A DNA stretch of 64,000 nt from Microbotryum violaceum (taxonomy: Eukaryota), in NCBI GenBank assembly GCA_001244265.2, contig LN717261.1, positions 1,937,591-2,001,590 on the forward strand, written 5' to 3'. Every line of letters starts with the position of its first letter. The first letter of the stretch is position 1. A program made the translations under genes and the position numbers. Below, one piece after another: positions 58,101 through 64,000 of this stretch. The notes beneath the pieces are model-generated. The model was not told the DNA's origin. It searched no databases and saw only the letters and a list, made by a program, of their open reading frames with translations.

Positions 58101-60689
58101 AGTCGAATTCGGAACCGAAATGCGATATACACCCAATACCGCCTGCTGACGAGATGGAGGATACAACTAATGCACAGGTAAGACAGCTGCTGTATTGACC
58201 TTCTGCCCCCCCGCCCCCCTCCCTCCTAATTTTCTGTTTCTCTTCACTCACTACTTACTACCCCTGATTTTTTTAATTAATTCAACAGCAGTACAATCAT
58301 AGGGAAAGTCGGAGCGAATGCAGTTGAGCACACTGACTAGTAGGTCAGCTTCGGAGCTTCGGATCTCGAGATGGGAGTTTCCTTTTGCCCAGTCATCTTG
58401 GGCCCTACTGGGTCTTAAGGGTATTAATGGTGGGACCAAAAAGCTGACTGGTCACTTGCTGTGAAGTGTATTAGATATATAAAAAATGTGGCTCACGGTT
58501 TCCCTCCCGCACTTTGAAGCTTTGACCTTGGCCCAAGCACGTGCACATCGACGCGTCGATGCACACTGTGTGACTAAATGCTCCTCAAATTGAGTCGGAC
58601 CAGGTTCATGATTGGTCCCACTTCTTGTTTCATGTTCCTGTTCTTGTTCTTTTGCAATGATTGATTGGGAGCGATCTTACACCTTGTCCAAACACGACCT
58701 CATCGCTGTCTCTCGCGCCTCGCATCTTAACCAATCGGATCATTTTGTGATAAGTTGTTCCGCATCTCGATAGTTGACACAAAGCACGCAAGGGGACCAC
58801 ACCGGTGACATTTCCGGTAGGACGTTTCAGAATTTGGGTGTGTAGCTCTTCATTCTTTCATCACCTGATTGTGTCCTGTTCTCTGAAGTGCGACTTGATT
58901 TCTGACAAATCGCACTTTTCAGAGTGCATGCATGACACGGGACTTCTCGCTTGACCCTCAGCTGCGCACCCAACGCAGCATCGGACAGTGCAGTAGAAGG
59001 CTGTGGGCAAATCGATGGGAAGTGCAATACAGAGGGCGACTGGTAAATCTCAGGTTCTATCTGCCATGTGGAAACCCGAGTATTCAAGACGATTTCGATC
59101 GCAATGTTGACCACCGGTGGATTTTCCCCGCGCCGGGTACCCTGACTCAAAAACCTAGTCACTTTCAGTGCCACTACAATATGATCTGGTGATGACCCTC
59201 GTTCTTACAAAGATGATTTCAAGCAAACAAAACCGAGGAGACCGATTGAGATACCACCAGAACTGTCATCTGCAAAGGCTGCGTTGGTCGACAGTAGAAA
59301 CAGTCGGAGGCCAGCAATAGCTCGCAGGCCACTCGTGCACTCTGATGCGAGGAGGAATGGTAGAGTACGAAGAACAACATCGTGATCCTGACTCAATGAT
59401 GTTCGTTCAGGTGTATACATTCCACTTTTCTGTCCATAGCTAACTCCGAGCTTCCGCCTTTACGATGTAACAGTAGTACATGTACCGGTGAGAGCACGCA
59501 ACGGATCGGGCCACACGGCAGAGAGCACATGAAAGGCGCAGGTGTGATTGGCATCAAAGTCACCTTTTTCTCAGCACCGGGACAGATATCATTGGTATAT
59601 TGTCAAACTCATTCCTCGTTATCAAACTAGAATGAGTTCAATGATACACGAACATCCTGTCAGGGGTATTAAGTGCGTCGTCATGTATCTGAAATGTCGA
59701 GAATCCGATAATGTCGACGCAAACATACAACTGTCTAAGTGGCTGCGTGGCTTAAAGTGGCCAAGACAACAGATCGAGCTAATCTATTTTCCCTTATACT
59801 TTTTGGCTTTTTTAGTGCCGAGACTAAAATAAATAAAAAACCTTGTTCTAGTTTATGACCTAATACAGCCATGATGTATTTTTTTCCAAAAATAAAAAAT
59901 AAAAAGGACTCTCTTTTTTCATCTTTAATTAGTCGGCTCTAAAATAAATCGAGGGCATTAACTGATAATCCGATAATTAGCACCTAGGTAGTGCAGAAAG
60001 CGTTACAATTGATTCTACAAGCAATCTGGGAACCTACTTTCAGTCCCCTGTTTTCATTCCCTTTTTATTTTATTTTCGACAGTTTATTAGCTCATGCTAT
60101 ATCAAATTTTCATTGAAAAGCACCGAAAAACAGATCGAGTATGGGACCAGATTAGCCTTTGTTCGAGTACACATTAGAGTGTGGGGATAAATGGAGTCTG
60201 ATAATTAGCAATGTGATCTCTGCTGAGATCTCAGGAAGTATCAACAAAGACCTGGCACGGACTTCGGGCAGCTGACTGGCCTGACTGCGCACGCTATAAA
60301 CACCAAACGCAATGGCGGAAGTTTGAAAGCGCACTAACTAAGCGCAGCCAAGAAGAATGCCCGCTTATCTTATCGCCAGAAGCAGAGAGCTTTCCTTCTG
60401 GATCTTTAGCTGACCTGTTAGACCTCCAGCTGTCGGCACTACTGCTGGGCAGTAACCTTTTCAAGCAAGCTAGAGCGCATTCAAGCGGTAGCCAAACCCT
60501 GTCAGCGTTGGTTGCTTCTCGGTCGTATGGTTGCTACTTTGCATTCCCTGCACTTCCGAGGGAAGGGCAATATTGTAAGACATGAAGAGACACTAGTCAA
60601 TGAAAAGGCAAAAGCACGCGAGCGCTCGCAGCATCTGTTTGGATTAAGGCTTTTGGAACAAGAGCCTTCGATTCCAGACAGCTATTAAA

Positions 60690-61140
60690 AATTTCCCAAG
60701 TTTCGTCATCACTGCCATCATCTTCCGCATTGAGCTCCCACTCCTCAAGCACAAATGCACCGTTGTTTGTGGCGTCGATAGAGTGATGACTCAAATCGTC
60801 GCTCGAATGATCACTCATGTCAAAGTCAACTCCTTCGTTCGTGTTGTCGTCCTTCCCATCAATCGTGTCACCAGGGCTGTGTAAGGCTCGGTTGCCTTAC
60901 GCTATTTAACTACCCTTCTGATTTCACTATGCATCTATTGAAATCGTCAGTCTTTTGGACCGTGTAAGCTAGTCGTGAAGGGCCTGGGGTATTACAGGCT
61001 GCGGGCAAACGAAGTCAAATCCGGCAGGCCATCCGCTGTCGTTTGCTCAGCGTCGTCGGTACATCAAAGCCCAAGCGCCACGCACCCCTCCACCTGTTGT
61101 TCGCCCATGTCATGGGTGCACTTCCACAGGTAGTAACCAA
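60690..61140 (-). pseudogene. Diverged 3' fragment of a second KDZ-type transposase
   Basis: MSDHSSDDLSHHSIDATNNGAF...TWEI parallels ISDHLSDDLNHHSVDTTDYGAF...FWGI at ~55000-55120; a YLWKCT segment parallels HLWECT. Confidence 0.7.
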
Positions 61141-62039
61141 GGCTCGGGATCGATGGCTCTGATGGAAGGGGCTCCGAGTCGGTCAACGTGTCGGACGCGG
61201 CCTCGTTGGGTTGCCGTAAATACTGTGGTACTCGGGATCCGGTCGCATCCGCTATTTCAATTTCTCAAGGCTAATAGAAGTCGTAGCGGCAGTAAGTTCT
61301 GGACTCGGGCGTCTCGACGAGTCATTCCCGGCGGCCACGAGAGGAGGGAGGCTAAAGCCGGCTTACGGGAGGGAGAGGAAGAGGATGTAATTTCGAAGGG
61401 GCCTTCACTTTTGCGCCGCAAAGACTCGGAAAATGACGAGCATTGGTGGGATCGGTAAGGCAGCATTTGGAAGGAAGACCGAGCCCGATATGCGGAGGAA
61501 GCGGTGAAGGGGAACGAACAGAAAGCAGCGGTTTGAACTGCCGGGACTTTTGAGGGGAGTTTTCTTCTTGTTTTCAGGAAAACTTCCAGGATCCAACACA
61601 ATTTTTTCTTGTCTCTCACTTTTTGCGTGTTTCAAGTCTCGTTTGGCATCGTGTCCAGCCTCCGACCTCAGCGTTTCGTTCTCGAACTCGGTCTCGCTTC
61701 TCGATTCTACCCCCACTGCAGTCTTTCGTGTCTCTCGCCTTGGCGTCTTAAAAGCTATTAGTAATACCTTAGCCTTTTATTAACGCACCGCGGGGCGGCG
61801 ACCAGTCCCGAGATGGCGTTGCTCCACACTCGACGCGGGTCTCGACGACGGTCTGAGCCCATCATTGTGCTCCCAGAGAACAAAAAAGGAGTTCAGTGAT
61901 GAAATGAAGGCTCTGTAAATCTGATCGTCGTCGCACGCTTCTCTACTGACTTCAACCACTACGCTTCCGTTACTCAGCAGTACCGCAGCTGTTGCAACCA
62001 AGTACATCACATTGCAGGTCAACGGTTACGGTGTGAGGT

Positions 62040-62270
62040 GGCGGCGCGCTCCACGCGCCGCCGAACCTAGTCTTTACCCTAACTAGTTACCCTAACTAGT
62101 AAAAAAAAAGTGAGTTAAGGAATGTACCTAATCAGAAAAGCTTTGACCACTAAGCTATCCGGCCCCTGATATCAGTGCAAGGTCTACTAACACCTTCAAC
62201 ACTTCCCCTTAGACCTTTGCACTGCTGCCAGGCTATTGCAATGTGTTGACTCTAAGTCCCAATTGGACTC
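62040..62270 (-). mobile_element. Possible Copia-type 3' end (PPT plus start of LTR)
   Basis: Minus strand ...QLGL-like codons, then AGGGGAAG immediately followed by TGTTGAAGG (62203); no matching second LTR found. Confidence 0.4.
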
Positions 62271-62532
62271 TGTGTCAAGCTTTTGCAGCAGCTCCGGTAA
62301 CTTTGTGCAGCGTCATTGGAAAGATTTACATGAAAGGTTCTATAATAGATCCTCGTAGAGGCCAGGGATTCTTGGGCTCAGTATTCATTAGAAAGTGACC
62401 AATTGGGTATTGCTTAGACGTTGTTAGGCTCCGCGTGCAGAAGCGGCTTAGTTTCTCCCCATCCGCTTCTCAATGTGCTTTTGCTGATCAAGGAGTTGAT
62501 TTCCTCAACGTCTCTAAGAACTCTATATTATG

Positions 62533-62809
62533 CACATCAGAGGCACATACCTTACAGCAAATACAGACACTAACGCGCTCCAAACGCAAACAGCGCGACT
62601 GTTCACCGCGCCGCGCAGCTGGGCCCGGCTATGCCCTGCGGCCTTGTGCTTCAAAGTTCGACCGGAGGGCGGAAAATGTCCAAAAATGAGGTGAGCCTCG
62701 ACCGCTTTTGAGCCAAAAATGTCCAAATTTGCGGGCTGCCTAGCCGATTTTCCGGTCCCCAAAATGTCCAAATCTGCGGGCCGCCTCTGGCTGGGCTTTC
62801 GGGGGTCCT
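62533..62809 (-). mobile_element. Solo terminal fragment of the 13860-15055 TIR family
   Basis: Inverted near-copy of 13860-14160 with a ~22-bp internal deletion; ends ...GGCTTTCGGGGGTCCT at 62809. Confidence 0.9.
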
Positions 62810-62970
62810 GCTATAGCATCTGTCATCGTGTACACTACATTGCAGGGGCGCTCTCAACTCCAGCATACGGAGATTGGGGGATGGGAACTCGGGCGCGCTC
62901 GGACCTCTTTAGATTCTGACTTAGATTACCCGAGGCAGCGACTAGCGCGGCTCTCCCTCTCTTTTCCCTT

Positions 62971-63267
62971 AACGTTCCCTATCCTCTTCTACTCGGCATC
63001 TTCGTTTGCTCACTGCGCTGCTCCTCATAGGTTAGTGTAATACATTTCGAACGTTCCCTATCCTCTTCTACTCGGCATCTTCGTTTGCTCACTGCGCTGC
63101 TCCTCATAGGTTAGTGTAATACATTTCGAACGTTCCCTATCCTCTTCTACTCGGCATCTTCGTTTGCTCACTGCGCTGCTCCTCATAGGTTAGTGTAATA
63201 CATTTCGAACGTTCCCTATCCTCTTCTACTCGGCATCTTCGTTTGCTCACTGCGCTGCTCCTCATAG
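62971..63267 (+). repeat. Perfect tandem array, 79-bp unit, ~3.8 copies
   Basis: AACGTTCCCT recurs at 62971, 63050, 63129 and 63208; the units are identical. Confidence 0.97.
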
Positions 63268-63346
63268 CATCCACGGGAGAGAGAGGGTTCGTGCGCGCAA
63301 GCCTGAATCGGCGCGTCAAATCCTTGCAGCAAAAGCCGAAAAGACC

Positions 63347-64000
63347 ATTAGATATTGAAGGGGCGCAGGTTCCGTTCCGCTTCACTTCGGTCCGAGATTG
63401 GAGCATAGCACGACAACATCATCCCATGCAGGCCTTGAACGATGCTTTCGATTGATCATTGCCACTCACCAACATGAACATGACGATCGCCGAGCTCCTC
63501 GCCTTCGATGTCGCTCCCGCCGACGCGTCTCTTCACATCGAGTTGTCCAAAGACGAGCACACCCAGTACTCGACCTTATCATCTACTCGAGGCCGTTGAG
63601 AAGGCAACTGAAACAGCTTCTCACGACCAATCGTGCGTCTACCAAGCTCAACTATCGAAATTTCGGTCTAAGCTCACGCGTGTTCGGTTCTACACAGCCC
63701 ACACACTTGAAACTTCAACTGCGCCTCAAGTTATCGATGCTCGTGATACCAATTTCTCGCTGAACTGGCCAACCTGATTGCCCATCAAGCTGCTCAAAAG
63801 TGTGGCCACCTCAAGCTGTTCTACTCGAGGGAGGCCGATGGAATCGAGCGACCCAACTCGGGGAGAGGCAGGCGTAGTAGGGGTTAGCAATACAGAGGAA
63901 GGACGCAGTGCAGCACATTCATGCGTCTAGAAAGGGTTGGTACAGTCCATGGGACCACATCGCTGCGAAGACATGGCGGGCACGACAAGGAGCTTTCGCT
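63347..64000 (+). repeat. Dispersed repeat, inverted copy of 21003-21651 (runs off the window)
   Basis: Direct reverse-complement match. Confidence 0.92.

Noticed and set aside
58302-58315. RNase P/MRP RNA (GGGAAAGTCGGAG resembles CR-I) or 5S rRNA
   Set aside because: No complementary P4 3' strand, other conserved regions or correct 5S box spacing could be found by eye.
59800-60130. AT-rich patch with short inverted TTAGTC/GACTAA motifs as a MITE
   Set aside because: No clear TIR pair or TSD.
62074-62100. Telomeric repeat (CCCTAA)
   Set aside because: Only two 13-bp TTACCCTAACTAG units, not a (CCCTAA)n tract.
62971-63267. CRISPR-like array
   Set aside because: Units are identical end to end with no unique spacers; eukaryotic context and no cas genes.

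Overview
Eukaryotic, intron-rich fungal DNA. Short GT-AG introns with CTRAC/CTCAC branch sites and the TE families present point to a basidiomycete, probably Microbotryum-like (inference). There are two small islands of host genes. The first (1-7.4 kb) holds EMC5/MMgT, a lesion-bearing HRQ1 RecQ4-type helicase and a GT32 OCH1-like glycosyltransferase. The second (42.9-47.3 kb) holds an SRF/MCM1-type MADS-box gene and a uricase ending in SKL. The rest is a nested transposon landscape: Copia RT and Helitron fragments, a GCM-like/Mutator-type transposase, an EnSpm-like element carrying a Ulp1 protease, two non-autonomous TIR elements with exact 8-bp TSDs, a tyrosine-recombinase (DIRS/Ngaro-type) retrotransposon with nested inverted repeats at its 3' end, a truncated LINE and KDZ transposase remnants. 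The most unusual signals are: (i) a ~120-bp conserved, apparently structured non-coding module shared by unrelated DNA elements; (ii) a 72-nt tRNA cloverleaf with TTA at the anticodon position inside a hAT-like element; (iii) a perfect 79-bp tandem array whose unit reads as one complete spliceosomal intron; (iv) the repeat architecture of the YR element. All calls come from reading the sequence by eye; no searches were run, and exon and element boundaries are approximate unless stated.
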